Source of the DNA: Candidatus Uhrbacteria bacterium
Lineage (GTDB): Bacteria; Patescibacteriota; Patescibacteriia; UBA9934; UBA10169
Reading direction: 5' to 3'
DNA length: 64,000 bases
NCBI GenBank assembly: GCA_016187485.1
Contig: JACPJO010000004.1
Coordinates: 56,306 to 120,305 of the forward strand
The position numbers and the translations under genes were made by a program. Of this stretch, positions 54,350 through 62,298 are shown one piece after another. The notes beneath the pieces were generated by a model that made no database searches, was not told the DNA's origin, and saw only the letters and a list, made by a program, of their open reading frames with translations. The first letter of the stretch is position 1; each line of letters opens with the position of its first letter.

Positions 54350-54619
54350 CTATTCTACCGGCTCAAGATAAAACTGGGTTTCGGACTCGAGGTCTGGCGG
54401 GGGAGGCGGGAGAGGAGGTTCCGGCTCCTTCCTTATCTCTGGCTTCGGCGGCTTCTCGGCAGGACGCGGTTGCTCTTTGGGCAGCTCACCTTTTCCATCC
54501 ACGAGCGTCTCGTAGCGTTCGGGACTCAACAGAACAAACGACTCCTCCTCCCCCATGACGATAAGCGGATGGCCTGTTTTTCTTGCAAGAGAGAGCAGGC
54601 GTTTGAGAGAGGCGTCCAT
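54350..54619 (-). CDS. Small hypothetical protein with Phd/YefM-like N-terminal segment and Pro-rich tail
   Basis: LARKTGHPLIVMGEEESFVLLSPERYETL; fills the fusA-tuf gap, starting 3 nt after the fusA stop. Confidence 0.7.
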   Translation of the reverse strand: MDASLKRLLSLARKTGHPLIVMGEEESFVLLSPERYETLVDGKGELPKEQPRPAEKPPKPEIRKEPEPPLPPPPPDLESETQFYLEPVE

Positions 54620-54622
54620 AGA

Positions 54623-56713
54623 TTAAGCGCGACGCGCAGTTCCTTGTCGTGATTCGACAATCGTTTGGGCGATATTCGGCGGCACTTCGTCGTAGTGATC
54701 GAACTCCATCGTGTAGGACGCACGGCCTTGTGTGAGCGAGCGCACCGTTGTGGCATAGCCGAACATTTCGGCAAGCGGCACAAATGCGCGAATGACTTTC
54801 GCTTCCATCCGGTCCGACATCTCCTGGATTTGTCCCCGTTTGGAGTTCAAATCTCCCACCACCGTTCCCATAAATTCTTCCGGGGTGATGACTTCCACTT
54901 TCATGACAGGCTCAAGGAGCACGGGCTTGGCACGTTTGGCTGCATCTTGAAAGGCAAGCGAGCCGGCAATCTTAAAGGCTGCTTCAGATGAGTCCACTTC
55001 ATGGTAAGACCCGTCATACAAGTGAATACGAAAGTCCAGCACGGGATACCCAGCTACTACGCCGCGCTCGGCCGCTTCGATAATGCCCTTTTCAATAGGG
55101 TTGATGAACTCTTTGGGAATGACACCGCCCTTGATTTCGTTCAAGAACTCAAATCCTTTTCCCTGGTTGGGCTCCACACGCACGCGCGCATGGCCATACT
55201 GCCCCTTTCCCCCTGTTTGGCGGATAAATTTTCCTTCTCCTTCCGCCTCGAGGCGAATCGTCTCGCGGTACGCCACTTGCGGGCGCCCGACGTCAGCCTC
55301 TACTTTGTACTCGCGCTTCATGCGATCAATAATGATCTCCAAGTGAAGCTCGCCCATTCCTTTAATGATAGTCTGTCCAGATTCTTCATCGGACGCGACG
55401 TGGAATGTCGGGTCTTCTTCCGCAAGTTTTGCAAGCGCCATACCCATTTTTTCCTGATCGGCTTTTGTTTTTGGTTCGATGGCGACAGAAATAACAGGAT
55501 CGGGAAACGTGATGGACTCAAGTACGATGGGGTGATCCGGGTCGCACAGCGTGTTCCCCGTCGTCGTGCCGCGCAATCCCACGGCCGCCGCAATTTCTCC
55601 GGCATACACATCTTGCACTTCCTCACGGTGATTTGCGTGAAGACGCACAATGCGCCCAATCCGTTCTTTGTCCCCAGTGGAGGTATTGTACACGTATGAC
55701 CCCGCCTTCAGGTTGCCGGAATACACGCGGAAGAACACAAGCTTTCCGATGAAAGGGTCCGCGGCAACTTTAAAGGCAAGGGCAGCAAAAGGCTCGCTGT
55801 CACTTGCCTGACGCACTTCTTCTTTTTCGGGATCGTCCGGATGAAATCCTTTGACCGGAGGAATATCAAGCGGTGAGGGCAGATAATAGTTGACGGCATC
55901 AAGCAGCTGTTGAACCCCCTTATTCTTGAGCGCAGAGCCGCAGAGAATCGGAAAGACATCGCGCGCGATGGTTGCCTTACGAAGCGCCAAACGAATCTCG
56001 TCTACCGAAAGCTCCTCGCCCGCGAGGTAGCGCGTCATGAGAGCCTCGTCCGTCTCCACGATCGTCTCCAGAAGTTCGCTCCGATACTTCTGCGCCTGTT
56101 CCTTCAAGTCACTGGGAATATCCTGTTCCTCAATATCTTTTCCCAGATCATCGGTAAACGTGAAAGCACGCATGAGGATAAGATCCACCACACCCTGGAA
56201 ATTGTCCTCAGTGCCGATAGGAAGTTGAATCGGTCGAGCCTTTTTGGTAAGGCGCGCGTGAATGGACGCAACGTCTTTGTAAAAATCCGCACCGGTACGA
56301 TCAAGCTTGTTGATGAAACACACGCGCGGTACAGAGTACTTATCTGCTTGGCGCCACACCGTTTCCGACTGCGATTCCACACCTGCCACTCCGTCAAACA
56401 CGGTAACGCCGCCGTCAAGCACGCGCAGCGACCGCTCCACTTCTACGGTAAAGTCTACGTGACCGGGAGTATCAATAATGTTGTAGCGACACCCTTTCCA
56501 AAAACAGGTTGTTGCGGCAGCCGTGATGGTGATGCCGCGCTCACGTTCCTGTTCCATCCAGTCCATCGTCGCTTCCCCTTCATGCACTTCCCCAATCTTA
56601 TGCTTCTTCCCCGTGTAGAAAAGCACGCGCTCGGTTGTCGTGGTTTTCCCGGCATCAATGTGCGCAATAATGCCGAAGTTACGAGTTTGCTCAAGAGAAT
56701 ATTCGCGTGACAT
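54623..56713 (-). CDS. fusA: Elongation factor G
   Basis: [39 protein letters not shown]. Confidence 0.98.
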   Translation of the reverse strand: MSREYSLEQTRNFGIIAHIDAGKTTTTERVLFYTGKKHKIGEVHEGEATMDWMEQERERGITITAAATTCFWKGCRYNIIDTPGHVDFTVEVERSLRVLDGGVTVFDGVAGVESQSETVWRQADKYSVPRVCFINKLDRTGADFYKDVASIHARLTKKARPIQLPIGTEDNFQGVVDLILMRAFTFTDDLGKDIEEQDIPSDLKEQAQKYRSELLETIVETDEALMTRYLAGEELSVDEIRLALRKATIARDVFPILCGSALKNKGVQQLLDAVNYYLPSPLDIPPVKGFHPDDPEKEEVRQASDSEPFAALAFKVAADPFIGKLVFFRVYSGNLKAGSYVYNTSTGDKERIGRIVRLHANHREEVQDVYAGEIAAAVGLRGTTTGNTLCDPDHPIVLESITFPDPVISVAIEPKTKADQEKMGMALAKLAEEDPTFHVASDEESGQTIIKGMGELHLEIIIDRMKREYKVEADVGRPQVAYRETIRLEAEGEGKFIRQTGGKGQYGHARVRVEPNQGKGFEFLNEIKGGVIPKEFINPIEKGIIEAAERGVVAGYPVLDFRIHLYDGSYHEVDSSEAAFKIAGSLAFQDAAKRAKPVLLEPVMKVEVITPEEFMGTVVGDLNSKRGQIQEMSDRMEAKVIRAFVPLAEMFGYATTVRSLTQGRASYTMEFDHYDEVPPNIAQTIVESRQGTARRA

Positions 56714-56721
56714 AGAGGAAG

Positions 56722-57189
56722 TTAGCGAGCAAAGTGCGCGAAGGCGCGGTTGGACTCGGCCATACGTTGAACGTCTTCCTTTTTCTTGAAGGCTTCCCCT
56801 TCGCTGTTCGCGGCTGCAAGCAACTCATCCGCCAACTTTTGATACATGGGACGGCCTTTTTTCGAACGCGCGGCAAGCAAAATCCAGCGCGCCGCAAGCG
56901 TAAAACGGCGTTCGCCGCGCACAGGAATTGGCACTTGGTAATTCGCCCCGCCCACGCGGCGCGACTTCACTTCAAGTGAGGGAGAGACTTGCTTCATGGC
57001 CTGCTCGAAAACTTCGACGGGATTCTTCTTGGATTTTTGCTCAATAAGATCGAGCGCCTTGTACATGACGTCCTGTGCAATGGTTTTCTTGCCATCGTTC
57101 ATGACGTAATTAATAAACTTCGCCACCGACACGTTTTGGAACTTCGGGTCAGGGGCGATGAGACGTTTGGGGGCTTGTTTGCCACGCAT
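56722..57189 (-). CDS. rpsG: 30S ribosomal protein uS7
   Basis: [30 protein letters not shown]; start placed at ATG 57189. Confidence 0.97.
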   Translation of the reverse strand: MRGKQAPKRLIAPDPKFQNVSVAKFINYVMNDGKKTIAQDVMYKALDLIEQKSKKNPVEVFEQAMKQVSPSLEVKSRRVGGANYQVPIPVRGERRFTLAARWILLAARSKKGRPMYQKLADELLAAANSEGEAFKKKEDVQRMAESNRAFAHFAR

Positions 57190-57262
57190 AAAGGGTTCGG
57201 AGCTCGTTTCTTCCCCGCGTGATGAGGGTACTGCGAGTCTCCGGATCAATAAAAGTTAAATA

Positions 57263-57688
57263 TTACTTTTTGGTTTTGGCTTTGGGCTTCTTCGATCCGT
57301 AGCGCGAGCGCCCGCGGTTGCGTCCCTCCACTCCTTGCGCATCGTACACACCGCGCACCAAGTGATAACGCACACCCGGCAAGTCTTTCACGCGTCCGCC
57401 GCGCACCAGCACGATGGAGTGTTCTTGCAAATTGTGTCCTTCACCCGGAATGTAAGCCGTCACCTCCGTGCCGTTCGAAAGACGAACGCGCGCGATTTTG
57501 CGAATAGCGGAGTTTGGTTTCTTTGGCGTCATGGTCGTCACCTTCACACACACCCCGCGCTTAAAGGGGCTGGGAAGATTTGTACGCTTGCGGTGCAGCG
57601 AGTCGTAACGGTATTGCGTCGCCGGCGACTTGGATTTGCTCTTTGGGCTCTTGCGGCCTTTTCGGATGAGTTGTTGGACAGTTGGCAT
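57263..57688 (-). CDS. rpsL: 30S ribosomal protein uS12
   Basis: [32 protein letters not shown]. Confidence 0.98.
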   Translation of the reverse strand: MPTVQQLIRKGRKSPKSKSKSPATQYRYDSLHRKRTNLPSPFKRGVCVKVTTMTPKKPNSAIRKIARVRLSNGTEVTAYIPGEGHNLQEHSIVLVRGGRVKDLPGVRYHLVRGVYDAQGVEGRNRGRSRYGSKKPKAKTKK

Positions 57689-57701
57689 AAAAAGTGCCGG
57701 A

Positions 57702-57730
57702 ACTGTAGCAAAGGATGAAAAAGGCGTCAA
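57702..57730 (-). promoter_or_regulatory. str operon promoter (TTGACG-17-TACAGT, extended TG)
   Basis: The minus strand reads TTGACGcctttttcatcctttgcTACAGTtccggcactttttATG. Confidence 0.7.
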
Positions 57731-57738
57731 TGCGTCCT

Positions 57739-58389
57739 CTAGCCAAAGAAACAGGCATCGCCCACAAGAACGCCACAGAGAGAAAAGACCCAACGAGAAA
57801 GAAACTGGAAGGGATTGAGCGGAGTGAGAAGCGAAAGGAATATGAGAAGGAAAAGAATTTGTGGGCCGCGTGTGAGAAGCCATGTGTGGAGATGCGCATG
57901 GCGTGGGTGGCTGGTAAGCGCAAGAAGAATCTTACTCCCATCCAGTGGGTGAATGGGGATGAGATTAAAGAGCGCCAGAGACAAATTCAAGATGAGGAGA
58001 AAAAGAAGAAAGGGAGTCAGGAGCGTCTCTGTTGCGGCAGGGGCAAGACTGCGTAGAGTAAGCGCGCTTACAAAGGCTAAAAGAATATTGGCGAAAGGCC
58101 CCGCCAAACCAATGACGACTCCGTCGCGAACGGGAGCGCGAAGATTGTAGGGGTTGTACGGGACAGGCTTGGCCCATCCAAAACCAAGAAACATCATGGC
58201 GAAAAACCCGACAAGGTCGAGATGCGCGAGGGGGTTGAGTGTCAGTCGCCCGTCACGCTCGGCCGTTTGATCCCCAAGCCACTTAGCAGAGAGCGCGTGA
58301 GAAAACTCATGCACGGTAAGAGAAAGCACAATCGCCACAAGCCAAAGGATGGCAAGAAGCGGCTCACGAAGAAGCCAAGAAAATATCAT
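57739..58389 (-). CDS. Site-2 protease (peptidase M50)
   Basis: [36 protein letters not shown]. Confidence 0.94.
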   Translation of the reverse strand: MIFSWLLREPLLAILWLVAIVLSLTVHEFSHALSAKWLGDQTAERDGRLTLNPLAHLDLVGFFAMMFLGFGWAKPVPYNPYNLRAPVRDGVVIGLAGPFANILLAFVSALTLRSLAPAATETLLTPFLLFLLILNLSLALFNLIPIHPLDGSKILLALTSHPRHAHLHTWLLTRGPQILFLLIFLSLLTPLNPFQFLSRWVFSLCGVLVGDACFFG

Positions 58390-58392
58390 ATC

Positions 58393-59697
58393 TTACGACA
58401 CCGATTCGCGTGTCAGACGCACGCCAATATCCAGCAACTTTTCTTCCAGTCGTTCATAGCCGCGGTCCAGATGCTCCACGCCGCGGAGGATCGACGTCCC
58501 TTCCGCCACCAGTGCCGCCACAACAAATGCAAGTCCGGCACGAATATCAGGAATCTGGATCTCGTCCGCCCGCAGAGCGGTGGGACCATTAATTACGGCC
58601 GAGTGCTTACTGTTCCCTCCACGAAAGCGGCAAGAAATTTCCCCAAGACAATTCGAGAATAAGGTCACATCCGCTCCCATGCGGTTCAGTGTTTCTGTAT
58701 ACCCAAAGCGCGATTCGTAGACGGTTTCGTGCACAATGGATGTCCCCGTCGCCTGCGTGAGCACCACGGCAAACGGCGCTTGCCAATCGGTGCGAAATCC
58801 CGGATACGTATCCGTCTCAAGTTTAATGCTCGAAAGAGGCCGCTCCGTCCAAAAACGAATACCGTCCTCGCGAATATCGAACAATCCGCCGATACGACGC
58901 ACGGTGTTTAAAAAAGTCATAAGGTGTTCGTGCACCGCACCCTTCACAAACACATCCCCTTTCGTCGCAAGCGCAATGCAAGCAAAACTCGCTGCTTCGA
59001 GCGGGTCGGGCATAACCTTCATGACACATCCGCCGAGCCGCTCCACGCCGACGATCTCCACGACACGCCCGGCGCCCACTTCGATAATCGCCCCCATCTT
59101 CTGCAACATTTTGATGAGTTCTAGAATCTCCGGCTCCACCGCCGCGTTGCGAATAACCGTGCGGCCTTTCGCCAAAACACCGGCAAGAATACCGGTCTCC
59201 GTTGCCCCCACCGAAGGATAAGGTAGGTCGATGAGCGCACCTTGAAGCGGGCGCGGGGCACGCGCCCTATACCCGTCGGGACGCTCTTCCACTTCCGCAC
59301 CCATCGCGCGCAACGCTTCGATATGCCACTGCACCGGCCGCTTCCCAATACGATCGCCATCAACAACGGGAACAAACGCTTCCCCTACCCTGTGCAGGAG
59401 CGGCGCGATAGCTAAAATGCTTATCCGGTTCTTCGCGGAAAGTCCGCGCACTTCCCCGCTTGGCACGGAACGCGTCTCAAGAGAGAGCGTGTGGTCCTGC
59501 CACAGGGCACGCGCACCGACCGATTCCACAATTTCCTGCGTGATCGTCGTCTCTCGATGCCGCGGAACATTCTCGAGCACAACAGACTCTTCAGTGAGGA
59601 GAGAAGCGATCATCATCTTTGATGCGGCATTTTTTGCCCCGGAGACCTCCACGCTCCCTTTGACCGGCTGGCCTCCCTCGACACGAAATAATTCCAT
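58393..59697 (-). CDS. murA: UDP-N-acetylglucosamine 1-carboxyvinyltransferase, Cys115-to-Asp variant
   Basis: SGAKNA, DGDRIGKRP, PSVGATE, NAAVEPEI, YPGFRTDWQ, DIRAG, HLDRGYE; start placed at ATG 59697. Confidence 0.95.
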   Translation of the reverse strand: MELFRVEGGQPVKGSVEVSGAKNAASKMMIASLLTEESVVLENVPRHRETTITQEIVESVGARALWQDHTLSLETRSVPSGEVRGLSAKNRISILAIAPLLHRVGEAFVPVVDGDRIGKRPVQWHIEALRAMGAEVEERPDGYRARAPRPLQGALIDLPYPSVGATETGILAGVLAKGRTVIRNAAVEPEILELIKMLQKMGAIIEVGAGRVVEIVGVERLGGCVMKVMPDPLEAASFACIALATKGDVFVKGAVHEHLMTFLNTVRRIGGLFDIREDGIRFWTERPLSSIKLETDTYPGFRTDWQAPFAVVLTQATGTSIVHETVYESRFGYTETLNRMGADVTLFSNCLGEISCRFRGGNSKHSAVINGPTALRADEIQIPDIRAGLAFVVAALVAEGTSILRGVEHLDRGYERLEEKLLDIGVRLTRESVS

Positions 59698-59745
59698 AGA
59701 TTGGTCACCAGCATACCAGAAACGGACGGTTTCGGACACGTAATT

Positions 59746-60477
59746 CTACACGTTCATCGGTTGCTGTTTCTTTACCACCTCAGAGAGAAAAAGCGGCAGG
59801 ACACGAGACGCCTCAGGCGAGGGCCGGAGGCGAAGCATAACGTACTCAAGCTCACCGGGCGCACCGGCATACGTCTCATGGTACCCAATCAAACGCGCGG
59901 CGAGATCATCTTTATCAGACTCCGCCTGAAACTCCAACGCGTAAATCCCCTCGCCCGGAAAACTCCAGGCCATCGTGGAACACCCGTCAGAAGAAAGCAA
60001 AACGGCGGCTTCCTCCGGCGGACGTTCCATGCGATCCACATGCGCCAATTGGACAACAAAAGTGTCAGGAAGGTGTCGGAAGATCGGGTCCTGTGCCGCG
60101 GCCACGCATTTTCGGACGGTGTAGGAGCCGACCTCCCGGTGCTCTTCATCATGCGAGACGGATCCTCCAAAGGCAATCGTCAAAATGTGCGCGCCAAAAT
60201 TGATACCAAGCATGGGGATACGGCGGCGGCGCGCTTCATGCGCGAAACACGAAAAAGACTCAACGCGTTCTCGTGATTCGCGCAGAATGCACGTTTTTCC
60301 CGTCGCTCCGAGGATGATCGCATCTACTCCAGAGAGACGAATATCTTCCAAAGTTGTTTTGTGACTATCTATACCGTGAATATCCGAAGGAGGGAGACCG
60401 AGGCACTCTGTGATGCACGCGCGTTCGTGAGCGCGCATCTCCGGCTCAACACGGGATTGAATCAAAAGAATCTTCAT
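59746..60477 (-). CDS. Class I glutamine amidotransferase-like protein, catalytic Cys and His apparently substituted
   Basis: GATase1 fold motifs DAIILG, PMLGINFGAHIL..AFGGSV, AHVD, YALEFQAE; promoter TTGACA-16-TAGAGT, 10 nt before ATG 60477. Confidence 0.82.
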   Translation of the reverse strand: MKILLIQSRVEPEMRAHERACITECLGLPPSDIHGIDSHKTTLEDIRLSGVDAIILGATGKTCILRESRERVESFSCFAHEARRRRIPMLGINFGAHILTIAFGGSVSHDEEHREVGSYTVRKCVAAAQDPIFRHLPDTFVVQLAHVDRMERPPEEAAVLLSSDGCSTMAWSFPGEGIYALEFQAESDKDDLAARLIGYHETYAGAPGELEYVMLRLRPSPEASRVLPLFLSEVVKKQQPMNV

Positions 60478-60526
60478 ACAACAGTCAACTCTAGCGCGAC
60501 CAAGCAATCTGTCAATAAAAACACGG

Positions 60527-60580
60527 AAAACAAACAACGTCGCGTTTGACTTCCCTTGTCGTAAAGTCAAAGCGACGTTG
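60527..60580 (-). terminator. Intrinsic terminator closing the candidate ncRNA
   Basis: The minus strand reads caacgtcgctttgactt-(11-nt loop)-aagtcaaa-c-gcgacgttg-TTTGTTTT. Confidence 0.75.
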
Positions 60581-60582
60581 CA

Positions 60583-60775
60583 TGGCGACCCCAGAGATTG
60601 CACGGGCATTGAATCCACCTTTCGGAGGACGGTATGTGAACGGACGTCTCTGACAGCCGAAGCCGTCTTCACGTTGTTTACATGGCCCTTACCCGCGTGA
60701 CCAGCCCTCTCTCCTCGAAGAGAGGGTATCGGACAAAATGGTTTGAAAGTGTGCCCGCGGTTCCTCTGAAGTCAC
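60583..60775 (-). ncRNA. Candidate structured non-coding RNA (~190 nt), possibly a divergent 6S RNA
   Basis: TGaTACACT extended -10 at 60781-60789; 12-bp end-to-end stem GUGACUUCAGAG/CUCUGGGGUCGC; second stem GCGGGCA/UGCCCGU; cUUCGg and GAAA tetraloop hairpins; terminator directly downstream. Confidence 0.6.
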
Positions 60776-60835
60776 TTAAGAGTGTATCACTCAAATATGG
60801 ATTTGTCGTGAGACGCAAGGAAAAATACTCCGTGG

Positions 60836-60866
60836 TTATCCCACCTGTATCCACAGATTATGCACA
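60836..60866 (+). promoter_or_regulatory. Cluster of DnaA-box-like 9-mers at 11-bp pitch
   Basis: TTATCCCAC (60836, degenerate), GTATCCACA (60847), TTATGCACA (60858). Confidence 0.5.
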
Positions 60867-60946
60867 AACGAAAGACCAGCCGAGGCTGGTCGAGCAGAAA
60901 GAAGGTACGAATAGGCCAGAATGCTACGGGTCGAGCTCCCCGATAG

Positions 60947-61339
60947 CTAGACGGAGCAGGCGCCCCAGTGGCGACCGCTGTTGGCCGCACGGCGGGTGCC
61001 GCGGCGAATGACGGCGTACGTGCCGGTGTTGGCGCGCACGCGCTCGAGACCGAGGACGCGGCGCAAGTTCTGGTAGAGGCCCTTGGGCTCCTCGAAGCGC
61101 CACGCGTTCACGGCGATGCGGCGCTTGGCCCCGCGCGCCCACTCGGGCGCATCTTCCGGGCTCTCCTCCACCACCCAGCCCCGTCCGAGCGGCTTGCTGT
61201 AGATGGCCGTCACCTCCACTCCGGCGAACGCCTCACTGTCGAGCAGGAAGTGCACCTGAACCTTCAGGCGCTTTTCGAGCATCTTCGTGAGGGCGTCGAA
61301 GTGCGGGTCGTCGGCCACCACCACCGTGCTATCAGGCAT
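60947..61339 (-). CDS. Hypothetical protein (130 aa), GC3-rich ORFan
   Basis: SD AAGGGAG 8 nt before ATG 61339; terminator gaccagcc/ggctggtc-tttcgttt at 60874-60891. Confidence 0.65.
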   Translation of the reverse strand: MPDSTVVVADDPHFDALTKMLEKRLKVQVHFLLDSEAFAGVEVTAIYSKPLGRGWVVEESPEDAPEWARGAKRRIAVNAWRFEEPKGLYQNLRRVLGLERVRANTGTYAVIRRGTRRAANSGRHWGACSV

Positions 61340-61678
61340 GAAACTCTCTCCCTTATGATTCAAGCCGGGCCTTGAATCACGACACGAGGGAAAACGTGCT
61401 CCGGAGACGATGCACCGCATGCACCGTCTTCGGAACATTTTCATCAAAAACCGCGCTCTACTCCGAGCGCGGCTTCATGGTCTCTTTTAAAGATAGCTTA
61501 CCCATGAGCCCGCTCGTCTGCATAATCAAAGGCAACAAACGCAATGTTCGTGTAGAGCTTAAATGCCTTTGTGCCCATGCAAGCTGTCATATCTGTATTT
61601 AGGTTATCAGAACACGAGAATGCGTCAAGGCTTGCTTTTCCACAGAGATTTGTATATTATTTTGGCCAAATTCTTCTT

Positions 61679-62278
61679 ATGTCTAGCCAACATCCAAAAC
61701 AAGAGCGTACATTCCTCATGGTAAAGCCCGATGGTGTGAAGCGCGGCCTCACGGGCGAGATCATTCGCCGGCTTGAACAGCGCGGCCTCAAAATCGTCGC
61801 CCTCGAAATGTTCCAGGCGACCCTGGAGCAAGTAGATAACCACTATCCCAAAGAAGAAGCGTGGATTCGCCGCTTGGGACAAAAGACGCTGGCGACGTAC
61901 GAAAAGTACGGGTTTGATGTGATGACAGACATGGGAACGAAAGATGATTTGGAACTTGGAAAGATGGTGCGCGGGTGGCTCATCCAGTTTATGGTGAGCG
62001 CGCCTATGGTGCGCATGGTCATAGAGGGCGTTCACGCCGTGGACATGGTACGGAAAATTTCAGGTCCCACAATGCCCTATGCCGCCGAGATGGGAACTAT
62101 TCGCGGAGACTACTCGGTAGACTCTGCCGCTGCGGCAAACAAAGAAAAGCGTCCGGTGCATAACATCGTGCACGCCAGTGAAACGGCCGAAGAGGCGGCG
62201 CACGAAATCGCCCATTGGTTCGGAAGTGGAGACCACATCTATACATACTCTCGAGGAGAAGAAGAGATGATGTTTTAG
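61679..62278 (+). CDS. ndk: Nucleoside-diphosphate kinase (long form with insertion)
   Basis: ERTFLMVKPDGVKRGL, GTIRGDY, NIVHASE (catalytic His); start placed at ATG 61679. Confidence 0.94.
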   Translation: MSSQHPKQERTFLMVKPDGVKRGLTGEIIRRLEQRGLKIVALEMFQATLEQVDNHYPKEEAWIRRLGQKTLATYEKYGFDVMTDMGTKDDLELGKMVRGWLIQFMVSAPMVRMVIEGVHAVDMVRKISGPTMPYAAEMGTIRGDYSVDSAAAANKEKRPVHNIVHASETAEEAAHEIAHWFGSGDHIYTYSRGEEEMMF

Positions 62279-62298
62279 GCGGATCCTGTCAGCAAACC

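Noticed and set aside
60478-60672. N-terminal extension of the GATase-like ORF in the track, and similar extensions of yqeY, lepB, LCP, rel, parA, adk, rplX, rplV, rpsG, rpsL and ndk
   Set aside because: The extensions run through promoters, terminators or neighbouring genes; family similarity begins at the downstream ATGs I used.
60583-60775. Candidate RNA considered as SRP RNA, tmRNA, RNase P RNA or a riboswitch for the GATase-like gene
   Set aside because: No SRP GGAA/AGCAG internal-loop motif, no tRNA-like T-arm or tag frame, no GAGGAAAGUCC; the downstream gene has its own promoter after the terminator.
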